A stretch of 64,000 bases of DNA, from assembly GCA_965240325.2 (NCBI GenBank), contig OZ251228.1:1054001-1118000 (forward strand). The letters are read 5' to 3'. The DNA comes from Rebecca billardiae RCC1528 (Eukaryota; Protista; Haptophyta). The notes under the pieces were generated by a model that searched no databases, had not been told where the DNA came from, and was given only the letters and a program-made list of their open reading frames with translations. A program made the position numbers and the translations under genes. This document shows, piece by piece, positions 27,001 through 36,969 of this stretch. Numbering within the stretch: the first letter of the stretch is position 1; each line of letters starts with the position of its first letter.

Positions 27001-30000
27001 CGCTCGTGTGGCGGAACTTGACGGTGCTGGCAGCAGCCGTACTCGAGCGCGCTCGAGCCGTGCCCGTGCGAGCCGACGGTATCCGCACCGCCACGTCTCG
27101 CGCACTTCGAAGCCCACCGCGCCCATCCCACCAGCGCACGGGCGCACGGGCGCACGGGCGCACCGGCGCGCCGGGTGGGCGGCGCGCCACCAGCCTCAGC
27201 TCGGATATGGGGATCGAGGCGCGCCAAGCGCTCGAGTGGCGGCATCGTGACGGTGCTGGCGGCAGCCGTACTCGAGCGCGCTCGAGCCGTGCCCGTGCGA
27301 GCCGACGGTATCCGCACCGCCACGTCTCGCGCACTTCGAAGCCCACCGCGCCCATCCCACCAGCGCACGGGCGCACGGGCGCACGGGCGCACGGGCGCGC
27401 CGGGTGGGCGGCGCGCCACCAGCCTCAGCTCGGATATGGGCATCGAGGCGCGCCAAGCGCTCGTGTGGCGGAACTTGACGGTGCTGGCAGCAGCCGTACT
27501 CGAGCGCGCTCGAGCCGTGCCCGTGCGAGCCGACGGTATCCGCACCGCCACGTCTCGCGCACTTCGAAGCCCACCGCGCCCATCCCACCAGCGCACGGGC
27601 GCACGGGCGCACGGGCGCACCGGCGCGCCGGGTGGGCGGCGCGCCACCAGCCTCAGCTCGGATATGGGGATCGAAACGCGCCAAGCGCTCGTGTGGCGGC
27701 ACTTGACGGTGCTGGGAGCAGCCGTACTTGAGCGCGCTCGAGCCGTGCCCGTGCGAGCCGACGGTATCCGCACCGCCACGTCTCGCGCACTTCGAAGCCC
27801 ACCGCGCCCATCCCACCAGCGCACGGGCGCACGGGCGCACGGGCGCACGGGCGCACCGGCGCGCCGGGTGGGCGGCGCGCCACCAGCCTCAGCTCGGATA
27901 TGGGCATCGAGGCGCGCCAAGCGCTCGAGTGGCGGCATCGTGACGGTGCTGGCGGCAGCCGTGCTCGAGCGCGCTCGAGCCGTGCCCGTGCGAGCCGACG
28001 GTATCCGCACCGCCACGTCTCGCGCACTTCGAAGCCCACCGCGCCCATCCCACCAGCGCACGGGCGCACGGGCGCACGGGCGCACGGGCGCGCCGGGTGG
28101 GCGGCGCGCCACCAGCCTCAGCTCGGATATGGGCATCGAGGCGCGCCAAGCGCTCGAGTGGCGGAACTTGACGGTGCTGGCAGCAGCCGTACTCGAGCGC
28201 GCTCGAGCCGTGCCCGTGCGACCCGACGGTATCCGCACCGCCACGTCTCGCGCACTTCGAAGCCCACCGCGCCCATCCCACCAGCGCACGGGCGCACGGG
28301 CGCACGGGCGCACGGGCGCGCCGGGTGGGCGGTGCGCCACCAGCCTCAGCTCGGATATGGGGATCGAGGCGCGCCAAGCGCTCGAGTGGCGGCATTGTGA
28401 TGGTGCTGGCAGCAGCCGTACTCGAGCGCGCTCGAGCCGTGCCCGTGCGAGCCGACGGTATCCGCACCGCCACGTCTCGCGCACTTCGAAGCCCACCGCG
28501 CCCATCCCACCAGCGCACGGGCGCACGGGCGCACGGGCGCACCGGCGCGCCGGGTGGGCGGCGCGCCACCAGCCTCAGCTCGGATATGGGCATCGAGGCG
28601 CGCCAAGCGCTCGAGTGGCGGCATTGTGACGGTGCTGGCGGCAGCCGTACTCGAGCGCGCTCGAGCCGTGCCCGTGCGAGCCGACGGTATCCGCACCGCC
28701 ACGTCTCGCGCACTTCGAAGCCCACCGCGCCCATCCCACCAGCGCACGGGCGCACGGGCGCACGGGCGCACCGGCGCGCCGGGTGGGCGGCGCGCCACCA
28801 GCCTCAGCTCGGATATGGGCATCGAGGCGCGCCAAGCGCTCGAGTGGCGGAACTTGACGGTGCTGGCAGCAGCCGTACTCGAGCGCGCTCGAGCCGTGCC
28901 CGTGCGAGCCGACGGTATCCGCACCGCCACGTCTCGCGCACTTCGAAGCCCACCGCGCCCATCCCACCAGCGCACGGGCGCACGGGCGCACGGGCGCACG
29001 GGCGCGCCGGGTGGGCGGCGCGCCACCAGCCTCAGCTCGGATATGGGCATCGAGGCGCGCCAAGCGCTCGAGTGGCGGCATTGTGACGGTGCTGGCAGCA
29101 GCCGTACTCGAGCGCGCTCGAGCCGTGCCCGTGCGACCCGACGGTATCCGCACCGCCACGTCTCGCGCACTTTGAAGCCCACCGCGCCCATCCCACCAGC
29201 GCACGGGCGCACGGGCGCACGGGCGCACGGGCGCACGGGCGCGCCGGGTGGGCGGTGCGCCACCGGCCTCAGCTCGGATATGGGCATCGAGGCGCGCCAA
29301 GCGCTCGAGTGGCGGCATTGTGACGGTGCTGGCGGCAGCCGTACTCGAGCGCGCTCGAGCCGTGCCCGTGCGAGCCGACGGTATCCGCACCGCCACGTCT
29401 CGCGCACTTCGAAGCCCACCGCGCCCATCCCACCAGCGCACGGGCGCACGGGCGCACGGGCGCACGGGCGCACGGGCGCGCCGGGTGGGCGGCGCGCCAC
29501 CAGCCTCAGCTCGGATATGGGCATCGAGGCGCGCCAAGCGCTCGAGTGGCGGAACTTGACGGTGCTGGCAGCAGCCGTACTCGAGCGCGCTCGAGCCGTG
29601 CCCGTGCGAGCCGACGGTATCCGCACCGCCACGTCTCGCGCACTTCGAAGCCCACCGCGCCCATCCCACCAGCGCACGGGCGCACGGGCGCACGGGCGCA
29701 CGGGCGCACCGGCGCGCCGGGTGGGCGGCGCGCCACCAGCCTCAGCTCGGATATGGGCATCGAGGCGCGCCAAGCGCTCGAGTGGCGGAACTTGACGGTG
29801 CTGGCAGCAGCCGTACTCGAGCGCGCTCGAGCCGTGCCCGTGCGAGCCGACGGTATCCGCACCGCCACGTCTCGCGCACTTCGAAGCCCACCGCGCCCAT
29901 CCCACCAGCGCACGGGCGCACGGGCGCACGGGCGCACCGGCGCGCCGGGTGGGCGGCGCGCCACCAGCCTCAGCTCGGATATGGGCATCGAGGCGCGCCA

Positions 30001-33000
30001 AGCGCTCGAGTGGTGGAACTTGACGGTGCTGGCAGCAGCCGTACTCGAGCGCGCTCGAGCCGTGCCCGTGCGAGCCGACGGTATCCGCACCGCCACGTCT
30101 CGCGCACTTCGAAGCCCACCGCGCCCATCCCACCAGCGCACGGGCGCACGGGCGCACGGGCGCACCGGCGCGCCGGGTGGGCGGCGCGCCACCAGCCTCA
30201 GCTCGGATATGGGCATCGAGGCGCGCCAAGCGCTCGAGTGGCAGAACTTGACGGTGCTGGCAGCAGCCGTACTCGAGCGCGCTCGAGCCGTGCCCGTGCG
30301 ACCCGACGGTATCCGCACCGCCACGTCTCGCGCACTTCGAAGCCCACCGCGCCCATCCCACCAGCGCACGGGCGCACGGGCGCACGGGCGCACGGGCGCG
30401 CCGGGTGGGCGGTGCGCCACCAGCCTCAGCTCGGATATGGGGATCGAGGCGCGCCAAGCGCTCGAGTGGCGGCATTGTGATGGTGCTGGCAGCAGCCGTA
30501 CTCAAGCGCGCTCGAGCCGTGCCCGTGCGAGCCGACGGTATCCGCACCGCCACGTCTCGCGCACTTCGAAGCCCACCGCGCCCATCCCACCAGCGCACGG
30601 GCGCACGGGCGCACGGGCGCACCGGCGCGCCGGGTGGGCGGCGCGCGACCAGCCTCAGCTCGGATATGGGGATCGAGGCGCGCCAAGCGCTCGTGTGGCG
30701 GCACTTGACGGTGCTGGCAGCAGCCGTACTCGAGCGCGCTCGAGCCGTGCCCGTGCGAGCCGACGGTATCCGCACCGCCACGTCTCGCGCACTTCGAAGC
30801 CCACCGCGCCCATCCCACCAGCGCACGGGCGCACGGGCGCACGGGCGCACGGGCGCGCCGGGTGGGCGGCGCGCGACCAGCCTCAGCTCGGATATGGGCA
30901 TCGAGGCGCGCCAAGCGCTCGAGTGGCGGCACTTGACGGTGCTGGCAGCAGCCGTACTCGAGCGCGCTCGAGCCGTGCCCGTGCGAGCCGACGGTATCCG
31001 CACCGCCACGTCTCGCGCACTTCGAAGCCCACCGCGCCCATCCCACCAGCGCACGGGCGCACGGGCGCACGGGCGCACGGGCGCACCGGCGCGCCGGGTG
31101 GGCGGCGCGCCACCAGCCTCAGCTCGGATATGGGCATCGAGGCGCGCCAAGCGCTCGAGTGGCGGCATTGTGACGGTGCTGGCAGCAGCCGTACTCGAGC
31201 GCGCTCGAGCCGTGCCCGTGCGAGCCGACGGTATCCGCACCGCCACGTCTCGCGCACTTCGAAGCCCACCGCGCCCATCCCACCAGCGCACGGGCGCACG
31301 GGCGCACGGGCGCACGGGCGCACCGGCGCGCCGGGTGGGCGGCGCGCCACCGGCCTCAGCTCGGATATGGGCATCGAGGCGCGCCAAGCGCTCGAGTGGC
31401 GGCATTGTGACGGTGCTGGCGGCAGCCGTACTCGAGCGCGCTCGAGCCGTGCCCGTGCGAGCCGACGGTATCCGCACCGCCACGTCTCGCGCACTTCGAA
31501 GCCCACCGCGCCCATCCCACCAGCGCACGGGCGCACGGGCGCACGGGCGCACCGGCGCGCCGGGTGGGCGGCGCGCCACCAGCCTCAGCTCGGATATGGG
31601 CATCGAGGCGCGCCAAGCGCTCGAGTGGCGGAACTTGACGGTGCTGGCAGCAGCCGTACTCGAGCGCGCTCGAGCCGTGCCCGTGCGAGCCGACGGTATC
31701 CGCACCGCCACGTCTCGCGCACTTCGAAGCCCACCGCGCCCATCCCACCAGCGCACGAGCGCACGGGCGCACGGGCGCACGGGCGCGCCGGGTGGGCGGC
31801 GCGCCACCAGCCTCAGCTCGGATATGGGCATCGAGGCGCGCCAAGCGCTCGAGTGGCGGCATTGTGACGGTGCTGGCGGCAGCCGTACTCGAGCGCGCTC
31901 GAGCCGTGCCCGTGCGACCCGACGGTATCCGCACCGCCACGTCTCGCGCACTTTGAAGCCCACCGCGCCCATCCCACCAGCGCACGGGCGCACGGGCGCA
32001 CGGGCGCACGGGCGCGCCGGGTGGGCGGCGCGCCACCAGCCTCAGCTCGGATATGGGCATCGAGGCGCGCCAAGCGCTCGAGTGGCGGCATTGTGACGGT
32101 GCTGGCGGCAGCCGTACTCGAGCGCGCTCGAGCCGTGCCCGTGCGAGCCGACGGTATCCGCACCGCCACGTCTCGCGCACTTCGAAGCCCACCGCGCCCA
32201 TCCCACCAGCGCACGGGCGCACGGGCGCACGGGCGCACGGGCGCACGGGCGCGCCGGGTGGGCGGCGCGCCACCAGCCTCAGCTCGGATATGGGCATCGA
32301 GGCGCGCCAAGCGCTCGAGTGGCGGAACTTGACGGTGCTGGCAGCAGCCGTACTCGAGCGCGCTCGAGCCGTGCCCGTGCGAGCCGACGGTATCCGCACC
32401 GCCACGTCTCGCGCACTTCGAAGCCCACCGCGCCCATCCCACCAGCGCACGGGCGCACGGGCGCACGGGCGCACGGGCGCACCGGCGCGCCGGGTGGGCG
32501 GCGCGCCACCAGCCTCAGCTCGGATATGGGCATCGAGGCGCGCCAAGCGCTCGAGTGGCGGAACTTGACGGTGCTGGCAGCAGCCGTACTCGAGCGCGCT
32601 CGAGCCGTGCCCGTGCGAGCCGACGGTATCCGCACCGCCACGTCTCGCGCACTTCGAAGCCCACCGCGCCCATCCCACCAGCGCACGGGCGCACGGGCGC
32701 ACGGGCGCACCGGCGCGCCGGGTGGGCGGCGCGCCACCAGCCTCAGCTCGGATATGGGCATCGAGGCGCGCCAAGCGCTCGAGTGGTGGAACTTGACGGT
32801 GCTGGCAGCAGCCGTACTCGAGCGCGCTCGAGCCGTGCCCGTGCGAGCCGACGGTATCCGCACCGCCACGTCTCGCGCACTTCGAAGCCCACCGCGCCCA
32901 TCCCACCAGCGCACGGGCGCACGGGCGCACGGGCGCACCGGCGCGCCGGGTGGGCGGCGCGCCACCAGCCTCAGCTCGGATATGGGCATCGAGGCGCGCC

Positions 33001-34390
33001 AAGCGCTCGAGTGGCAGAACTTGACGGTGCTGGCAGCAGCCGTACTCGAGCGCGCTCGAGCCGTGCCCGTGCGAGCCGACGGTATCCGCACCGCCACGTC
33101 TCGCGCACTTCGAAGCCCACCGCGCCCATCCCACCAGCGCACGGGCGCACGGGCGCACGGGCGCACGGGCGCACCGGCGCGCCGGGTGGGCGGCGCGCCA
33201 CCAGCCTCAGCTCGGATATGGGCATCGAGGCGCGCCAAGCGCTCGATTGCGGCATTGTGACGGTGCTGACGGCAGCCGTACTCGAGCGCGCTCGAGCCGT
33301 GCCCGTGCGAGCCGACGGTATCCGCACCGCCACGTCTCGCGCACTTCGAAGCCCACCGCGCCCATCCCACCAGCGCACGGGCGCACGGGCGCACGGGCGC
33401 ACGGGCGCGCCGGGTGGGCGGCGCGCCACCAGCCTCAGCTCGGATATGGGCATCGAGGCGCGCCAAGCGCTCGTGTGGCGGAACTTGACGGTGCTGGCGG
33501 CAGCCGTACTCGAGCGCGCTCGAGCCGTGCCCGTGCGAGCCGACGGTATCCGCACCGCCACGTCTCGCGCACTTCGAAGCCCACCGCGCCCATCCCACCA
33601 GCGCACGGGCGCACGGGTGCACGGGCGCACCGGCGCGCCGGGTGGGCGGCGCGCCACCAGCCTCAGCTCGGATATGGGCATCGAGGCGTGCCAAGCGCTC
33701 GAGTGGCTGCATTGTGACGGTGCTGGCAGCAGGCGTATCGAGCGCGCTCGAGCCGTGCCCGTGCGAGCCGACGGTATCCGCACCGCCACGTCTCGCGCAC
33801 TTCGAAGCCCACCGCGTCCACTTCCACCAGCAAGCCTGCGCGCCGGCGCGCCGGCACGCCGGCGCACCAGCGCGCCGGGAGGGCGGCGCGCCACCAGCCT
33901 CAGCTCGGATATGGGTATCGAGGCGCGCCAAGCGCTCGCTTGGCGGGATTGTGACGGTGCTAGTGGCAGCCGTACTCGAGCACGCTCGAGCCGTGCCCGT
34001 GCGAGCCTTCGGTATCCGCACCACCACTTCTCGCTCACTTCGAAGCCCACCGCGCCCATCCCACCAGCGTGCTAGCGCGCCGGCGCGCCGGCGCGCCGGC
34101 GCACCGGCGCGCCGGGTGGGCGGCGCGCCACGAGCCTCAGCTCGGATATGGGCATCGAGGCGCGCCAAGCGCTCATATGGCTGCATTGTGACGGTGCCAG
34201 TGGCAGCCATACTCGAGCGCGCTCGAGCCGTGCCCTTGCAAGCCGTCAGCATCGCCACCACCACGTCTCGCGCACTTCGAATATAACAATAAGCGAGCCC
34301 ACCGCTGCGCGCCCATCCGGATTGGCCCATCCGCCGTCGGCGGCTCATCCTATCAGCCTGCCGCCATCGCACCGGCGCGCCACCAGCAGG
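1..34390. repeat. Tandem satellite array, ~228-bp monomer (variants 229/236/237 bp), about 148 copies in the window, running off the left edge; candidate centromeric/pericentromeric satellite
   Basis: The monomer GGATATGGGCATCGAGGCGCGCCAAGCGCTCGAGTGGCGG[AACTT|CACTT|CATTGT]GACGGTGCTGGCAGCAGCCGTACTCGAGCGCGCTCGAGCCGTGCCCGTGCGAGCCGACGGTATCCGCACCGCCACGTCTCGCGCACTTCGAAGCCCACCGCGCCCATCCCACCA(GCGCACGG)4-5GCGCGCCGGGTGGGCGGCGCGCCACCAGCCTCAGCTC repeats head-to-tail on one strand with few substitutions. Copy number is estimated from span divided by ~231 bp. The satellite is directly visible; centromeric function is inference. Confidence 0.98.
33690..34390. repeat. Degenerate terminal monomers of the satellite (array boundary)
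   Basis: The last ~3 monomers carry many private substitutions. The octamer reads GCGCGCCG instead of GCGCACGG, and an AT-rich insertion (TATAACAATAAGCGA) follows TTCGAA at ~34282. Confidence 0.9.
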
Positions 34391-34742
34391 CGGAAGGAGC
34401 TCGTCACAGTGCCCGTCTCTGGCAGGGGTCAACCGAAGCCAGAGCCTAATATATATATATATACTACACTAGCAGCGTATATTCACACTAGCTTATAGTC
34501 GTCGCGTCTCTGACTTGTCTGGGACTGGGCGGCTCTGGCTCGCGGTAGTCGGTACGGACGTGAGGCCGCCCGGGCGTGCCGCGTGGGCGCGGCGCCCGGT
34601 GCCCGCACCGCGCCGGCGGCCTGTGCGCGCCCGACCGCCCGTTCTTGACGTGATCGCTGCGGCTTGCCAGCAGGCGCCTGGCACCACGGCCGCTGTTGTG
34701 CCAGGTTATGATCATGCCCACGTGGCATGCCGCATGGTAACG

Positions 34743-35403
34743 TCATCGTGCCTCGGCCCACTTCTGCTTCACGTACCACAGCCAGACGAACACGGCCGCC
34801 AGTGCGATAGCAGTGATAGCCGCGGCGGCGGCGTAGTAGTCCTGAAACTGCACCCACGCGAGCAGAGCCAGGTTGAGCAGGAAGCACGGCACGCCCGACT
34901 TGAAGGCCGAGAAGGCTCGACGCCAGTCCGCCTCGCAGCGGCTGTTCCATGCGATCTGGTCAAACGGCTTGAGGTGCACGGTGCGGTAGTTGAGGATGTA
35001 CACCATGATCAGCGAGCACAGCACCTGGCACAGTGAGGGCAGAACGGCGCGGGGCGCGTGGCCACGGAACGGCCGTTATGATATCTGCCCATGGCGCGAG
35101 CGCGGGATCGGTGGGGCTGCGCAGGCTGCGACGCACCATAGAAAACATCATGAGCGCGATCACAGTTGCTGCCATCGTGCCAAACGCAAACATGAGCACC
35201 TGCGGGTGGCCGGGGGTGATGTTGAGCTCAACGATGGACACCATCGCGAAACCACCGATGAGCGCCGACAAATTGGAGATCGCCTTCAGCTGCTGCACCT
35301 TCTCATCCACGAGGCGCACCTCCATGGTCGCTTGGTGGCTCGATTTGCCGATCGCCGTGTCGAGAGCCGACAGGCCGAGGGCGGCTGCGCCGAGAGCCGC
35401 CAT
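34743..35403 (-). CDS. ORAI: Orai-family (CRAC-like) calcium channel subunit, 182 aa, 2 exons (35403-35137, 35024-34743)
   Basis: TM1 QLKAISNLSALIGGFAMVSIVELNI matches Orai [25 protein letters not shown], including the selectivity-filter Glu. TM3 ends LALLAWVQF (Orai VVLLCWVKF). There are four hydrophobic segments, and a phase-0 GT-AG intron (35136-35025) joins the two ORFs. Confidence 0.9.
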
Positions 35404-35604
35404 GGTGTCGGATGCAGCGAAGCACTCAGCTCCGATGCGCGACGCCCGCACGCGCCCTGTGCGGCAGAGAGGCCCCGCCTCTGCCGAACCGCGCGTAGAA
35501 CGCGCGCCGCAGTACCACCGGCCGGTGGCGAGCGTCGACGCCCTTCTTGAAGCGTGGGAAGGAGGCAGCATGGCTGCCTTCCGCGGCGGCACTGCCAGCC
35601 CTTG

Positions 35605-36891
35605 ATGATGAGCGCCGCAATTTGGCCGCCGGTGCACACGGCATTGGTGGCGACATTAGCCATTCTCGTGGCAGGTGTGGTCTCGTCGCCCGCGCCTCGA
35701 TCAGTTCGCCCGTCAGGGATCCGCCTCGCCATCGTGAGGCGCGATGCCGCGTGCGGCGCACTGCTGGGCACTTACGATGCGGCCACCGCGTGCGCTGCCG
35801 CAGCGGCCGGCGCGGTGGGCATGGGTGGCTACGTTGCCTGGTCGCAGCAGACGGGGCTGTGCACGGCCTGCACATCGGACGAGTACAAGAAGGCGCGGCG
35901 CGCACGTGGCTACGATGTGTACCACCTCACGGCGGTCACTCCGTCTCCGCCGCCGACTGCTCCGGGGCCGCCACCACCGTCGCCGCGTCCACCATCGCCA
36001 CCCGCGCTGCGGTCGGACTTCGCACTCGTCGCCAAGCGCACCAGCTGTGGCGACTTCGTCGCCAGGAGCGTGCCGAGTGCCGCACATTGCCAGGCCCGCA
36101 TCCTCGCCCGCGGCGGCGGCTATCCGCACTTTGCCTACTCGGCTCACTTGCACACATGCCTGGCGTGTGAGCCCGGCGCGGCGCGATCGCGCAACTCTTG
36201 GTACAACACGTACCTCACCGTGCTGCCGAGCCCGCCGCCGCATGCGCCACCGCCGAGCTCCCCGCCGCCGCCGACATCGCCCTCGCCGCCGGCGCTTCCG
36301 CCGATGCCGCCGATGTCGCCGCCGCCGCTGTCGCCGCCCTCGCCGCCGCTGCCGCCCTCACCGCCTGGGCTGGGCGGAGGCCTGCGCTTCCGCGACACGG
36401 CGTGTGGCTCGTACCGCAGCGGCTTCACCTGGTCGCGCTGGAGCCCGGCTGCATGCGCGGCGTGGGTACGCGACGCCTTCCCCGGCACAGAGCTCTTCAC
36501 CTTCTCGCCGGACACGCACGTGTGCTTCCGCTGCTCCGCGCGGGACATGGCGCACAGCAAGGCGCAGGTTGGCTTCCACGTGTACGACGTTGCCTTCTTT
36601 GGCGCGGCCGCGCGACACGGGAGGACGGCCGAAGCCTCGGCGGCCGATCCAGGCGCCCGGGCCTTCTGGCCAACGCGCGTGGCATGGGCGCAGAGCCTGC
36701 GCTCACCCACCGAGTCGATGGACACCCTGATGTCGCTGCTCGCCGTCGCGGCCGTCGGCGTCGCGCTCGCCGCGGCGGCGTTGTGGGCTCGGTCGCGAGT
36801 CGCGCGGCGGCGATCTCGTCGGACCCCTCGACCGGAATCATCGGTGCCGGTGCTTCCACGATGGCGTGCGGCACTGTCCCTGATGCTCTAG
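35605..36891 (+). CDS. Single-pass cell-surface protein: signal peptide, three 4-Cys PAN/apple-like repeats separated by Ser/Pro-rich linkers, C-terminal TM helix and basic tail (428 aa)
   Basis: Intact ORF from ATG 35605 with a hydrophobic N-terminus and three copies of CG-x-C-x-[WYF]S-x4-CxxC-x-[YF]x[VT]Y. It has SPPPP linkers and a TM segment LMSLLAVAAVGVALAAAALW followed by an Arg-rich tail. Confidence 0.8.
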   Translation: MMSAAIWPPVHTALVATLAILVAGVVSSPAPRSVRPSGIRLAIVRRDAACGALLGTYDAATACAAAAAGAVGMGGYVAWSQQTGLCTACTSDEYKKARRARGYDVYHLTAVTPSPPPTAPGPPPPSPRPPSPPALRSDFALVAKRTSCGDFVARSVPSAAHCQARILARGGGYPHFAYSAHLHTCLACEPGAARSRNSWYNTYLTVLPSPPPHAPPPSSPPPPTSPSPPALPPMPPMSPPPLSPPSPPLPPSPPGLGGGLRFRDTACGSYRSGFTWSRWSPAACAAWVRDAFPGTELFTFSPDTHVCFRCSARDMAHSKAQVGFHVYDVAFFGAAARHGRTAEASAADPGARAFWPTRVAWAQSLRSPTESMDTLMSLLAVAAVGVALAAAALWARSRVARRRSRRTPRPESSVPVLPRWRAALSLML

Positions 36892-36969
36892 AGAATAAAT
36901 TCGAACGTATCAGAGTAGACGGATGTCATCAGGATGATTGATGCGGCATCCGGCACTGTTACTATATAG

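Noticed and set aside
1-34390. CRISPR array
   Set aside because: There are no unique spacers; the whole unit repeats. The context is eukaryotic and no cas genes are present.
1-34432. Very long ORFs (up to 2451 aa) on both strands of the satellite
   Set aside because: The monomer length of 228 is divisible by 3, and the GC-rich unit has a stop in only one frame per strand. The +1 and +8 bp variants switch frames freely, so no frame is conserved.
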